Shown here: positions 40,654 through 55,179 of the stretch, in pieces | How the letters are laid out: each line of letters opens with the position of its first letter | Numbering within the stretch: position 1 is the stretch's first letter | Assembly (NCBI GenBank): GCA_018241645.1 | Contig: JAFEDL010000017.1 | Span: 33,057-97,056 of the forward strand | Direction: 5' to 3' | From: Pseudomonadota bacterium | Lineage (GTDB): Bacteria > Pseudomonadota > Gammaproteobacteria > Burkholderiales > SG8-39 | DNA length: 64,000 bases | Notes under the pieces: model-generated | What the model was told of the DNA's origin: nothing | What the model saw: only the letters and a program-made list of their open reading frames with translations | Databases searched by the model: none | Made by a program: the position numbers and the translations under genes

Positions 40654-41724
40654 ATGACCGGCGACCCGGGGCTCGCAGCGTGGTTGTCACTCTGCCTCAC
40701 GCCGGGCCTCGGCGCTTCAACAATCCGTCGGTTGCTCCAGGAGTTCGGCCTTCCCGAGAACATCCTGTCGGCCGACACGGCGGCGGTTGCGCGCATCGCC
40801 GGTGACGCAGCAGCCACGCTGAAATCGGGCGCCGCACAGGCCGCAGTACAACGAGCGCTGCAATGGTCTGCACAGGGGCACCATCACATCGTGACCCTGG
40901 CGGATACCAGCTATCCACGCCTGCTTCTGGAGATTCCCGATCCGCCGCCGCTGCTTTACGCGCGCGGAAATGTCGACCTCCTCGGGCGGCCCGCGCTTGC
41001 CGTAGTCGGCAGCCGCAACGGCACGGCGCAAGGCCTGCGCAATGCCGAGGCCTTCGCCCGGACGTTCAGCGAGGGCGGATTGACGATCGTGAGCGGACTG
41101 GCCCTGGGCATAGACGCGGCGGCCCATCGCGGCGGACTGGCGGGCGCGGGTTCGACGATCGCGGTGCTCGGGACAGGGATCGACGTGGTCTACCCGAAAA
41201 GCAATGCCGCGCTGTTCGCGGAAATTGCCGCGCGCGGATTGCTCCTCAGCGAATACCCGCTCGGCACCCCGTCTGTCGCGCACAACTTTCCGCGCCGCAA
41301 CCGCCTGATCAGCGGGATGTCGCGCGGCTGCCTCGTGGTCGAAGCCGCCATCGGCAGCGGCTCGCTGATCACGGCCCGCCTGGCCGCGGAGCAGGGGCGC
41401 GAAGTGTTCGCGATTCCCGGCTCGATTCACTCGCCCCTTTCGCGCGGATGCCACTCGCTCATAAAGCAGGGCGCAAAGCTGGTCGACGCCGCCGAGGACG
41501 TGCTGGCGGAGTTCGGCAGCTGGCAGCACGCATCGACCGCCGCCCCCGCGTCCCGGCCCGACACTGGGCTTCTCGCGCACATGGGGTTCGATCCGGTCGA
41601 CATCGACGCGCTGTGCGCCCGCGCCGGGCTGCCCGCCGAGACGGTCGCCGCTGAATTGCTTCGCCTGGAGCTCGACGGGTTGGTAGCCACGCTGCCCGGC
41701 GGGCGTTTTCAACGGTTGTCCTGA
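40654..41724 (+). CDS. dprA: DNA-processing protein DprA (Smf)
   Basis: 356 aa with the DprA Rossmann-like core VVGSRNGT...IVSGLALGIDAAAHRG...GTGIDVVYP...NFPRRNRLISG. Confidence 0.9.
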   Translation: MTGDPGLAAWLSLCLTPGLGASTIRRLLQEFGLPENILSADTAAVARIAGDAAATLKSGAAQAAVQRALQWSAQGHHHIVTLADTSYPRLLLEIPDPPPLLYARGNVDLLGRPALAVVGSRNGTAQGLRNAEAFARTFSEGGLTIVSGLALGIDAAAHRGGLAGAGSTIAVLGTGIDVVYPKSNAALFAEIAARGLLLSEYPLGTPSVAHNFPRRNRLISGMSRGCLVVEAAIGSGSLITARLAAEQGREVFAIPGSIHSPLSRGCHSLIKQGAKLVDAAEDVLAEFGSWQHASTAAPASRPDTGLLAHMGFDPVDIDALCARAGLPAETVAAELLRLELDGLVATLPGGRFQRLS

Positions 41725-41739
41725 GAAGAAAAACACGCC

Positions 41740-42198
41740 ATGTACGACATATTTGTATACCTGTTTGAAAACTGCCACCGAACCGACCTTGCGCAGGACA
41801 ACGAGCTGATCGCGAAGAAGCTTTCAGCCGCGGGCTTCGAGGAATCGGACATCAGCGAGGCGCTTACCTGGCTCGCCGGGATGCTCCACGCCCCGCACCG
41901 CAGCCTCGAGCCGCTGCCCGGCCCGGCGCGCGCGATGCGCACGTACGCCCCGAAGGAATGCGCCAAGCTCGATGCGGGCTGCCGCGGGCTGGTCATGCAC
42001 CTCGAGAACATCGGCGTGCTGGATCCGGTCCTGCGCGAACTCGTCGTCGACCGGGCGATGGCCGCCGCCGGGCGCACGCTGTCCCTCGACCAGCTCAAGC
42101 TGATCGTCCTGATGGTGCTGTGGAACCTCGAGACCCCCGCCAGCCGCTTGATTGCGGAGGAATTGCTCTCGTCGGACGAGGGTCGCCTGCCGAACTGA
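41740..42198 (+). CDS. smg: Smg protein (DUF494)
   Basis: 152 aa beginning MYDIFVYLFENCH...ELIAKKLSAAGFEESDISEALTWL, at the conserved position after dprA. Confidence 0.85.
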   Translation: MYDIFVYLFENCHRTDLAQDNELIAKKLSAAGFEESDISEALTWLAGMLHAPHRSLEPLPGPARAMRTYAPKECAKLDAGCRGLVMHLENIGVLDPVLRELVVDRAMAAAGRTLSLDQLKLIVLMVLWNLETPASRLIAEELLSSDEGRLPN

Positions 42199-42209
42199 TT
42201 CCGGTGTTC

Positions 42210-42250
42210 CGGCGGCCGGTGTGACGCGGTTGGTTGTCATCCGGCCGCCG
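42210..42250 (+). repeat. 10-bp GC inverted repeat (stem-loop) between smg and the topoisomerase gene
   Basis: CGGCGGCCGG (42210-19), a 21-nt spacer, then CCGGCCGCCG (42241-50). The arms are exact reverse complements and no U-tract follows. Confidence 0.6.
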
Positions 42251-42299
42251 TTGCGCTTATCATCTGCCCCCTTTCCAAGGCAGGCACCTGACGACCATC

Positions 42300-48437
<6,138 letters not shown>

Positions 48438-48651
48438 CTTATATATCCTTGGTAATAGTTAATAGAGGGCATAACTCGTGTGGATAAGTTTGAAAACCCT
48501 CTCGCTACAGCAACTTGCGGTTCGAAAAGGCGCACGGCCGTCCTGTGCACTGCCTGTGCATAGTTTTGGGTAACTGTCCGCACGGCGGCGGTAGGCGGAG
48601 TTACCCACAATCCGTACGCAGATGCTGCACAGGTTGTCACGGTGGCGACGG
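48438..48651. promoter_or_regulatory. dnaA-dnaN intergenic region with AT-rich patch and DnaA-box cluster (candidate oriC element or dnaN regulatory region)
   Basis: There is a perfect DnaA box TGTGGATAA (48479-87, complement of TTATCCACA) and a one-mismatch box TTACCCACA (48601-09). Two two-mismatch boxes lie at 48555-63 and 48565-73. The 48438-48480 patch has only 15 G/C in 43 nt, in an otherwise GC-rich window. Confidence 0.5.
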
Positions 48652-49995
48652 TCACCCCTTGAGCACCTGTTCCAGGACCAGGTAATCCCGGTTCATCACC
48701 GAATCCTGTTTGCGCAGGCTTGCGATCGTGCGGCATGCGTGCAGGACGGTGGTGTGGTCCCGGTTGCCGAAGGCCTCGCCGATTTCGGGCAGGCTCATCT
48801 GGGTGAGGTCCTTGGCCAGAGCCATTGCGACCTGGCGGGGACGGGCCACGTTGCGGTTCCTCTTCTTGGAATGCATGTCGGAGATCTTCAGCTTGAAGAA
48901 CTCGGCGACCGTCTTCTGGATGTTCTCCACGGTGATCTGCCGGTTGGCGACATTGAGGATGTCGCGCAGGGCATCCTTGGCCAGGTCGAGTGAGAGTTCG
49001 CGGGCATTGAACCGGGAATAGGCAAGCACTTTCTTCAATGCCCCCTCGAGTTCACGCACATTCGAGCGGATGTGCTTGGCGATGAAGAAAGCGATGTCCT
49101 CAGAAAGGACCACCGCTTCGGCTTCCGCCTTCTTCAGGACGATGGCCACGCGCATCTCGAGTTCCGGCGGCTCGATGGCCACCGTGAGGCCCCAGCCGAA
49201 ACGCGAGATCAGCCGCTCTTCCATGCCCGAGATTTCCTTCGGGTAGGTGTCGCAGGTGATGACGATCTGCTTGTGGGCCTCGACCAGGGCGTTGAACGCG
49301 TAGAAGAACTCCTCCTGCGTGCGGCCCTTGTTGGAGAAGAACTGGATATCGTCGATCAGCAGCAGGTCCAGCGAGTGGTAGTAGCGCTTGAATTCGTCGA
49401 AGGATTTCTGCTGATAGGCGCGCACCACGTCGGTCACGTACTGTTCGGCATGGATATAACGGATCTTCGCGTCCGGCCGTTGCGCAGCAACAAAATTGCC
49501 GATGGCCTGCACCAGGTGGGTCTTGCCGAGGCCCACCCCCCCATATACGAACAGCGGGTTGTAGGATATTCCCGGGTTTTCGGAAACCTGGATCGCGGCG
49601 GCCCGGGCGAGCTGGTTCGCCTTGCCGGTGACGAGGCTGTCGAACGTGAATCCCGGATTCAGGCGCGCCCGTTCGAGCGAGTGGGGGACTTTGGCGGCGG
49701 CCGGTGCAACGTTGCTCGCGGTCGGGGTCGCCCGGACCAGCCCGTCGGCGCCGCGCGCGAGCACCAGCTTGAGGGCCACGGGGCTGGCGCTCTCTTCCGA
49801 AAACAGCTTTTCGATCCGCCCCGAGAAGCGCTCGCGCACCAGCTCCAGTACGAAGCGGTTGGGCGCGGCCAAGGTCAGGCTGCCCGGTTCGGAGGTGTTC
49901 CCGTCAACCGCCAGCGGCCGGATCCAGGTGTTGAATTGTTGGGCCGGGAGCTCGCGTTCGAGGCGGCGCAAACAGGCGTCCCAGAGGTTCTGCAT
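48652..49995 (-). CDS. dnaA: Chromosomal replication initiator protein DnaA
   Basis: Track ORF 48652-50364 trimmed to ATG 49995 ([28 protein letters not shown]...). AAA+ Walker [11 protein letters not shown] and the C-terminal DNA-binding signature are present. Confidence 0.95.
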   Translation of the reverse strand: MQNLWDACLRRLERELPAQQFNTWIRPLAVDGNTSEPGSLTLAAPNRFVLELVRERFSGRIEKLFSEESASPVALKLVLARGADGLVRATPTASNVAPAAAKVPHSLERARLNPGFTFDSLVTGKANQLARAAAIQVSENPGISYNPLFVYGGVGLGKTHLVQAIGNFVAAQRPDAKIRYIHAEQYVTDVVRAYQQKSFDEFKRYYHSLDLLLIDDIQFFSNKGRTQEEFFYAFNALVEAHKQIVITCDTYPKEISGMEERLISRFGWGLTVAIEPPELEMRVAIVLKKAEAEAVVLSEDIAFFIAKHIRSNVRELEGALKKVLAYSRFNARELSLDLAKDALRDILNVANRQITVENIQKTVAEFFKLKISDMHSKKRNRNVARPRQVAMALAKDLTQMSLPEIGEAFGNRDHTTVLHACRTIASLRKQDSVMNRDYLVLEQVLKG

Positions 49996-50096
49996 TGACG
50001 TGATATTCGGTGCTTCGCTGCGCGGTTTGGAGGACACTGGCGCCGCCAGGGATCGGCCGCTTTTCGTGTCCGTAATTCTACCCTTTCCGAACCGAC

Positions 50097-50105
50097 TTAT
50101 CCACA
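50097..50105 (+). promoter_or_regulatory. Perfect DnaA box in the dnaA / rpmH divergent region
   Basis: TTATCCACA is an exact match to the consensus, about 100 nt upstream of the dnaA start. Confidence 0.7.
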
Positions 50106-50130
50106 GGCTTGGCGCAAAAATCCCGGAAAG

Positions 50131-50159
50131 TTGACAATGGGTTAGGTACAGCGTGTAAT
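50131..50159 (+). promoter_or_regulatory. Sigma-70 promoter for rpmH-rnpA
   Basis: TTGACA (50131-36), a 17-nt spacer, then TGTAAT (50154-59). It lies about 30 nt upstream of the rpmH ATG. Confidence 0.65.
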
Positions 50160-50187
50160 ACGCGCCTTTTTGCGGCCCGAGGCAGTC

Positions 50188-50322
50188 ATGAAGCGAACTT
50201 ATCAACCCTCCAAAACGCGCCGTACCCGGACCCACGGGTTCCGTGCGCGCATGAAAACTCCAGGCGGCCGGGCAGTGATCAACGCCCGCCGCGCACGCGG
50301 TCGCGCGCGCCTGGCCGTCTGA
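50188..50322 (+). CDS. rpmH: 50S ribosomal protein L34
   Basis: Too short for the ORF track. My translation is [44 protein letters not shown] (44 aa), the canonical L34 sequence. Confidence 0.92.
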   Translation: MKRTYQPSKTRRTRTHGFRARMKTPGGRAVINARRARGRARLAV

Positions 50323-50343
50323 GGACGGCGAGGCCAGTTTTTT
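50311..50343 (+). terminator. Attenuator/terminator hairpin spanning the rpmH stop codon
   Basis: CTGGCC (50311-16) pairs with GGCCAG (50332-37), with an inner GTC/GAC extension, followed by TTTTTT (50338-43). It lies just before the rnpA GTG at 50348. Confidence 0.6.
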
Positions 50344-50347
50344 CCGC

Positions 50348-50704
50348 GTGCCCGGCACCGGCACTACTCAGGCAGCCGGGTTCGGCAAGGACAAGCGCAT
50401 CCGCACGAGCGTCGAGTTCGAGACGTTGATGCGGAGCGGCACGCGGCGCAACCTGAACGGTTTCACCTTCTTCTTTTCCGCGCGCCCTTCGGGCCCGGCC
50501 CGTCTCGGAATCCTGATCTCGCGCAAGCACGCTGCCCTGGCGACGGACCGCAACCGCATCAAGCGCTGCATCCGCGAGGCTTTCCGGCAGGCGCAGGGAA
50601 AGCTTGGCGCACTGGATGTCCTGGTAAGGCCGCCGTACGGCCTGAAGGCCTCGTCCGGGACGGTGGAAAGGTTGTGTTCCTGCCTGGAGAGGCTCGTGAA
50701 GTGA
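50348..50704 (+). CDS. rnpA: Ribonuclease P protein component
   Basis: 118 aa with GTG start. It carries an RNase P protein RNR-like motif ([16 protein letters not shown]) and follows rpmH. Confidence 0.85.
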   Translation: MPGTGTTQAAGFGKDKRIRTSVEFETLMRSGTRRNLNGFTFFFSARPSGPARLGILISRKHAALATDRNRIKRCIREAFRQAQGKLGALDVLVRPPYGLKASSGTVERLCSCLERLVK

Positions 50705-50714
50705 GGATCCGGCC

Positions 50715-50939
50715 ATGAAGACCTGCCTGCGCGCGCTGATTCGCTTCTACCGATATTTCCTGAGCCCGATGCTGGGGCCCAGCTGCCGGTTCTACCCCAG
50801 TTGCTCAGAATATGCGGACGAAGCCCTGCGCTGCCACGGCGCTGCGCGGGGCTCGTGGCTGGCCGCAAAACGCATCGCCTGCTGCCATCCTTGGCATTCA
50901 GGCGGCTATGACCCCGTGCCAGGACGCAACGAAACGTGA
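50715..50939 (+). CDS. yidD: Membrane protein insertion efficiency factor YidD
   Basis: 74 aa with [31 protein letters not shown]...[12 protein letters not shown]. Confidence 0.9.
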   Translation: MKTCLRALIRFYRYFLSPMLGPSCRFYPSCSEYADEALRCHGAARGSWLAAKRIACCHPWHSGGYDPVPGRNET

Positions 50940-52615
50940 AATCCATGGATACCCAGAGACTGATCCTGTTCTTCGTTTTCAGCTTTTCCCTGTTGATGCT
51001 TTGGACGGAATGGGAAAAGGGGCAGCGTCCGAAGCCCCCTGCCGTGACCGCGGCGGCCCAGCAGCCCAGGGAGGCCAAGGCGGTCCCCGGCGAGGTTCCT
51101 ACCCCCGCCCCTGCGGCCAGTCCAATCCAGACAACAGTCCCCGCGGCGTCCCCGGCGCCCGCGGCATTGAAAGGCGAGACCATCCAGATCAGGACCGACT
51201 TGCTGGTCGCGGACATCGACACGCTGGGCGGCAGCGTGACCAGGGTCGAGCTCCTGAAGCACAAGGAGACCAACGACCTGACCAAGAACCTTGTGCTGCT
51301 CGGTCCCGAGCACCAGTACTTCGCCCAGAGCGGGCTGACCGGAGACGGGCCCAACCACCGGACGCTGTGGCGGGTGCTGCCCGGCGAGCGCGCGCTCGCC
51401 GACGGCAAGAACACCCTCGAGCTGCGCCTTGCCGCCGAAGGAAAGGATGGCCTGGCCGTCGAAAAGGTCTACACGTTCAAGCGTGACAGTTACGTCATCG
51501 ACGTGGCGCTCGATATCCGCAACACCGGAACTGCACCGGTTGCCCCGCATGCCTACTTCCAGTTGACCCATGACGGCAAGGAAGCCGCCGCGGGACACTC
51601 GATCGCCCAGTCGTTTGGCGCAAAGAGCTTTCATGGCTTTGCCGAGTACACGACCGAGAAGAAGTTCGAAAAGATCCAGTACTCGGACATAGACAAGGGC
51701 AAGTTCGACCACGCCAAGCAGGCGAGCGACGGCTGGATCGCCTTCGTGGAGCACTATTTCGTCGCGGCCTGGGTCCCTTCCGGCGGCGCAACACGGGACT
51801 ACGTTGTCGAGAAGCGCCCGGACGGCGTCTACGCCGCCCGCGTCGTGCTGCCGGTTCCGGCCATCGCCCCGGGCGCCACGGCAAGGGTGGACGCGCCGCT
51901 GTATGCCGGCCCGCAGGAGCAAGGCCGGCTGAAGGAGGTCGCGCCGGGCTTCGACCTGGTGGTCGATTACGGCTGGCTGACGATCATTGCCTGGCCGTTG
52001 TTCTGGCTGCTGTCGAAGTACCACAGCATCGCCGGCAACTGGGGTGTGGCGATCATCCTGCTGACGGTGACGCTGAAGCTGGTGTTCTTCCCCTTGTCCG
52101 CGGCAAGTTACAAGTCGATGGCCAAGATGAAGCTCGTCACGCCCAGGCTGACCAAGATACGCGAGATGTATGCCAACGACCGCGCGCGCCAGAACCAGGC
52201 CATGATGGAGCTGTACAAGACCGAGAAGATCAACCCGCTCGGCGGGTGCTTCCCGATCCTGGTGCAGATCCCGGTGTTCATCGCGCTTTACTGGGTGCTC
52301 CTCGCCGCCATCGAATTGCGGCACGCGCCGTTCATGCTCTGGATCCACGACCTTTCCGCGCTCGACCCGTTCTACGTGCTCCCCGTCCTGATGACGGTCA
52401 CCATGGTGATCCAGACCAGGCTGAACCCGGTCCCTCCGGACCCGGTCCAGGCCAAGGTGATGATGTTCATGCCGTTCGTGTTCAGCATCTTCTTCTTCTT
52501 CTTCCCGGCGGGACTCGTGCTGTACTGGCTCGTCAACAACATCCTTTCGATAGCACAGCAATGGCAGATCCAGCGCATGTTCGAGCGCGACAAACCTGCC
52601 CATGCCAAGCGCTGA
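50936..52615 (+). CDS. yidC: Membrane protein insertase YidC
   Basis: 559 aa from GTG 50936 (GTGA overlap with yidD). ATG 50945 ([12 protein letters not shown]...) is an equally plausible start. The periplasmic P1 domain is followed by the conserved C-terminal core ([20 protein letters not shown]...[16 protein letters not shown]). Confidence 0.95.
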   Translation: MKSMDTQRLILFFVFSFSLLMLWTEWEKGQRPKPPAVTAAAQQPREAKAVPGEVPTPAPAASPIQTTVPAASPAPAALKGETIQIRTDLLVADIDTLGGSVTRVELLKHKETNDLTKNLVLLGPEHQYFAQSGLTGDGPNHRTLWRVLPGERALADGKNTLELRLAAEGKDGLAVEKVYTFKRDSYVIDVALDIRNTGTAPVAPHAYFQLTHDGKEAAAGHSIAQSFGAKSFHGFAEYTTEKKFEKIQYSDIDKGKFDHAKQASDGWIAFVEHYFVAAWVPSGGATRDYVVEKRPDGVYAARVVLPVPAIAPGATARVDAPLYAGPQEQGRLKEVAPGFDLVVDYGWLTIIAWPLFWLLSKYHSIAGNWGVAIILLTVTLKLVFFPLSAASYKSMAKMKLVTPRLTKIREMYANDRARQNQAMMELYKTEKINPLGGCFPILVQIPVFIALYWVLLAAIELRHAPFMLWIHDLSALDPFYVLPVLMTVTMVIQTRLNPVPPDPVQAKVMMFMPFVFSIFFFFFPAGLVLYWLVNNILSIAQQWQIQRMFERDKPAHAKR

Positions 52616-53951
52616 CCCCTCAAAAGACACGATTGCCGCAATTGCCACGCCCGCCGGGCGCGGCGGAATAGGGGTCGTCCGGGTCTCGGGCCCCGAGGTG
52701 CCCGGGATTGCGGCGAAAGTGGTCGGCAAGCTGCCGCAGTCCCGTCACGCAACCCTGGTGGAGATGCGCAATCCACGTGGCGCGCCGATCGACCAGGGCA
52801 TCGCGTTGTATTTTCCCGGCCCGGCCTCCTACACGGGCGAGCCCGTTCTGGAGCTGCAGGGCCATGGCGGACCCGTGGTGCTCGGCTCTGTGCTGGCGGC
52901 CTGCATTGATGCCGGCGCGCGAATGGCCGAACCCGGCGAATTCACCCGGCGGGCATTCCTCAACGGCAGGCTCGATCTCGCTCAGGCGGAAGGCGTGGCC
53001 GACCTGATCGAAGCGGCCACGGAGGAGGCGGCGCGCGGCGCGTTGCGCTCGTTGTCCGGGGAATTCTCGGCGGCGGTCGATTCGCTGGTAGCGCAGCTGA
53101 CCGAATTGCGGGCGCTGACCGAGGCGAGCCTGGATTTTCCCGAAGAGGAGATCGATCCTGTCCATCGGGAGGACCTCCAGCGTCGGCTGGCGGCTGTCAG
53201 GGATGCGCTGGCCGAGGTCTTTTCCAGGAGCCGCAAAGGCAGTCTCCTGCGGTCAGGGATAAATATCGTGCTCGCCGGTCGCCCGAACGTGGGCAAATCG
53301 AGCCTGCTGAACCGCCTTGCGGGCGACGATCGCGCGATCGTCACGCCCGTTCCAGGAACCACCCGCGATACGCTCCGCGAAGCGATAGCGATCGAGGGGG
53401 TACCGCTCAACATCATCGACACCGCAGGCCTGAGGGAAGCGGGAGACGAGGTCGAGCGCCTCGGCATCGAGCGCACGTGGCGCGAAGTAGAGCGCGCGGA
53501 CATCGTGGTCGTGATGACAGACGCCTCGGCCGGGATCACCGCCGAGGATCGTGCAGTCATTGCGCGCCTTCCTACGGGCGTTCGACGGATCCACGTGTTC
53601 AACAAAATAGACCTGGCAGGAGTGCCGCCCGAGTTGCGCGCTGGCAATCCGCCGGAAATCTACCTCTCGGCCAAGGCGGATTCGGGCGTCGACCTGCTGC
53701 GTTCGGCCTTGCTCCAGGCGGCGGGCTGGGACCGGTCGGGCGAATCCTCGTTCGTTGCGCGCGAGCGGCACCTGCGCGCGCTGGCGCTGGCCGGCGCACG
53801 GCTCGAAGCGGCGGCGGGGCAGCAGCACCAGCTGGAATTGTTTGCGGAAGAGTTGCGCCTGGCCCAGGAGGCGCTGGCCGGAATCACGGGGGAATTCGGC
53901 GCCGATGACCTGCTCGGGGAAATCTTCTCGCGGTTCTGCATCGGCAAGTGA
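52602..53951 (+). CDS. mnmE: tRNA modification GTPase MnmE
   Basis: 449 aa with DTIAAIATPAGRGGIGVVRVSG, G-domain motifs GRPNVGKSSL and DTAGLR, and the C-terminal FCIGK. Confidence 0.95.
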   Translation: MPSADPSKDTIAAIATPAGRGGIGVVRVSGPEVPGIAAKVVGKLPQSRHATLVEMRNPRGAPIDQGIALYFPGPASYTGEPVLELQGHGGPVVLGSVLAACIDAGARMAEPGEFTRRAFLNGRLDLAQAEGVADLIEAATEEAARGALRSLSGEFSAAVDSLVAQLTELRALTEASLDFPEEEIDPVHREDLQRRLAAVRDALAEVFSRSRKGSLLRSGINIVLAGRPNVGKSSLLNRLAGDDRAIVTPVPGTTRDTLREAIAIEGVPLNIIDTAGLREAGDEVERLGIERTWREVERADIVVVMTDASAGITAEDRAVIARLPTGVRRIHVFNKIDLAGVPPELRAGNPPEIYLSAKADSGVDLLRSALLQAAGWDRSGESSFVARERHLRALALAGARLEAAAGQQHQLELFAEELRLAQEALAGITGEFGADDLLGEIFSRFCIGK

Positions 53952-55009
53952 AGGCGGCGCGGGACACGTTCCTGAATCCTGCGGTGAGCCTGTCGCTGTG
54001 CGTCGTCGGCGGGGCGCTGTTCTCCTGGCTGAAGACCCCGTTGCCCTGGATGATCGGCCCCCTGCTTCTGATGGCCGCGTTCAACTTCAGCGGGGCCCGG
54101 CTGCGGGCGCCCACCGGGGGGCGGCAAGTCGGGCAGGTGATCATCGGTACTGCGCTCGGCCTGTACTTCACGCCCGTTGTGGCGAAGCAGGTCGCGTCGT
54201 ACTGGCATTTCCTGTTGCTCGCCGCCGTACTGGCGATCGTGATCGCGTGCCTGTGCGCATGGTTCATCAGCGCCGTGACGAGCACCGACCGGACGACGGC
54301 ATTTTTTGCCAGCGTTCCGGGCGGTGCGGCGGAAATGGCAGTACTGGCCGAGCGGTTCGGCGCACGGGTGGACAGGGTCACGATCGCGCAATCGATGCGC
54401 ATCCTCGCGGTGGTCATCGTCATCCCGTTCGTGCTGACCTACTCGGGCGTGCATGGCGCCGACGTTTACGCACCTGCCACCGCTTCGCTCGACTGGGGTC
54501 GCCTGGCGGTGCTGCTCGCCATTGCGGCGGCAGGCGGCGGGGCGCTGACCGCGGCAGGCGTATCGAACGCATTCATGCTCGGCGCACTGTTCAGCGTGAT
54601 TGCGCTCACGGTGAACGAAGTGCACATGTCGGCCATGCCTGGAGTTGTCTCGAACTTGGGCCAATTGCTGATCGGCTGCGCTCTCGGAAGCCGTTTCGAG
54701 CGCAGCTTCCTCGACCGCGTTCCCGGATTCGTCGCGGCAACCCTGGCGAGCATCCTGCTCGCCATCGGCCTCGCCGCGTCATTCGGGGCGGGGCTGGCCT
54801 GGATGTACGGATTGCCGATTCCCAGCGTCATCCTTGCAACCGCCCCCGGCGGGATCGCCGAAATGTGCATCACTGCCAAAGTCCTGCAGCTCGGGGTGCC
54901 CTTGGTAACGGCCGCGCAGGTGACCCGCGTGCTGGTGCTGGTGACAGGCACCGGGACGCTGTTCAGGTGGGCGCGCCTGATCGCGGGGCGGATTGGAAAG
55001 TCCCGGTGA
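53948..55009 (+). CDS. AbrB-family (duplicated AbrB-like, PF05145-type) integral membrane protein
   Basis: 353 aa with GTG start overlapping the mnmE stop (GTGA). Polytopic, with an internal duplication pattern (PLPWMIGPLL... / GGIAEM motifs in both halves). Confidence 0.7.
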   Translation: MKAARDTFLNPAVSLSLCVVGGALFSWLKTPLPWMIGPLLLMAAFNFSGARLRAPTGGRQVGQVIIGTALGLYFTPVVAKQVASYWHFLLLAAVLAIVIACLCAWFISAVTSTDRTTAFFASVPGGAAEMAVLAERFGARVDRVTIAQSMRILAVVIVIPFVLTYSGVHGADVYAPATASLDWGRLAVLLAIAAAGGGALTAAGVSNAFMLGALFSVIALTVNEVHMSAMPGVVSNLGQLLIGCALGSRFERSFLDRVPGFVAATLASILLAIGLAASFGAGLAWMYGLPIPSVILATAPGGIAEMCITAKVLQLGVPLVTAAQVTRVLVLVTGTGTLFRWARLIAGRIGKSR

Positions 55010-55135
55010 TACAAAAGGTTGAGTCCTACAATTCAGGCGCTGCTGCGCAGCATTCCGGCGTCCCTGCGGCGTGTCTTGGCTAGCCCTGGATTGGGCCGCG
55101 CTGCTACAATTCCGCCGATCAGAATTCAATAATTT

Positions 55136-55167
55136 CGGCCCGGCCAGCCCAGGGCCGTTTTCATTTT
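55136..55167 (+). terminator. Terminator-like GC hairpin plus U-tract abutting the pckG RBS
   Basis: CGGCCC (55136-41) pairs with GGGCCG (55152-57), extendable by GG/CC with one bulge, followed by TTTTCATTTT. GGAG at 55168-71 and ATG at 55180 follow. Confidence 0.45.
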
Positions 55168-55179
55168 GGAGCCCGCCGC

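Noticed and set aside
55026-55112. Direct repeat CTACAATTC (55026-34 and 55104-12) and the GCTGCGCAGC palindrome (55042-51) upstream of pckG as a possible operator set
   Set aside because: A single 9-nt repeat in about 170 nt is only marginally improbable, and GC-rich short palindromes are common in this DNA. It is kept only as context (TACAAT hexamers) in the pckG leader finding.
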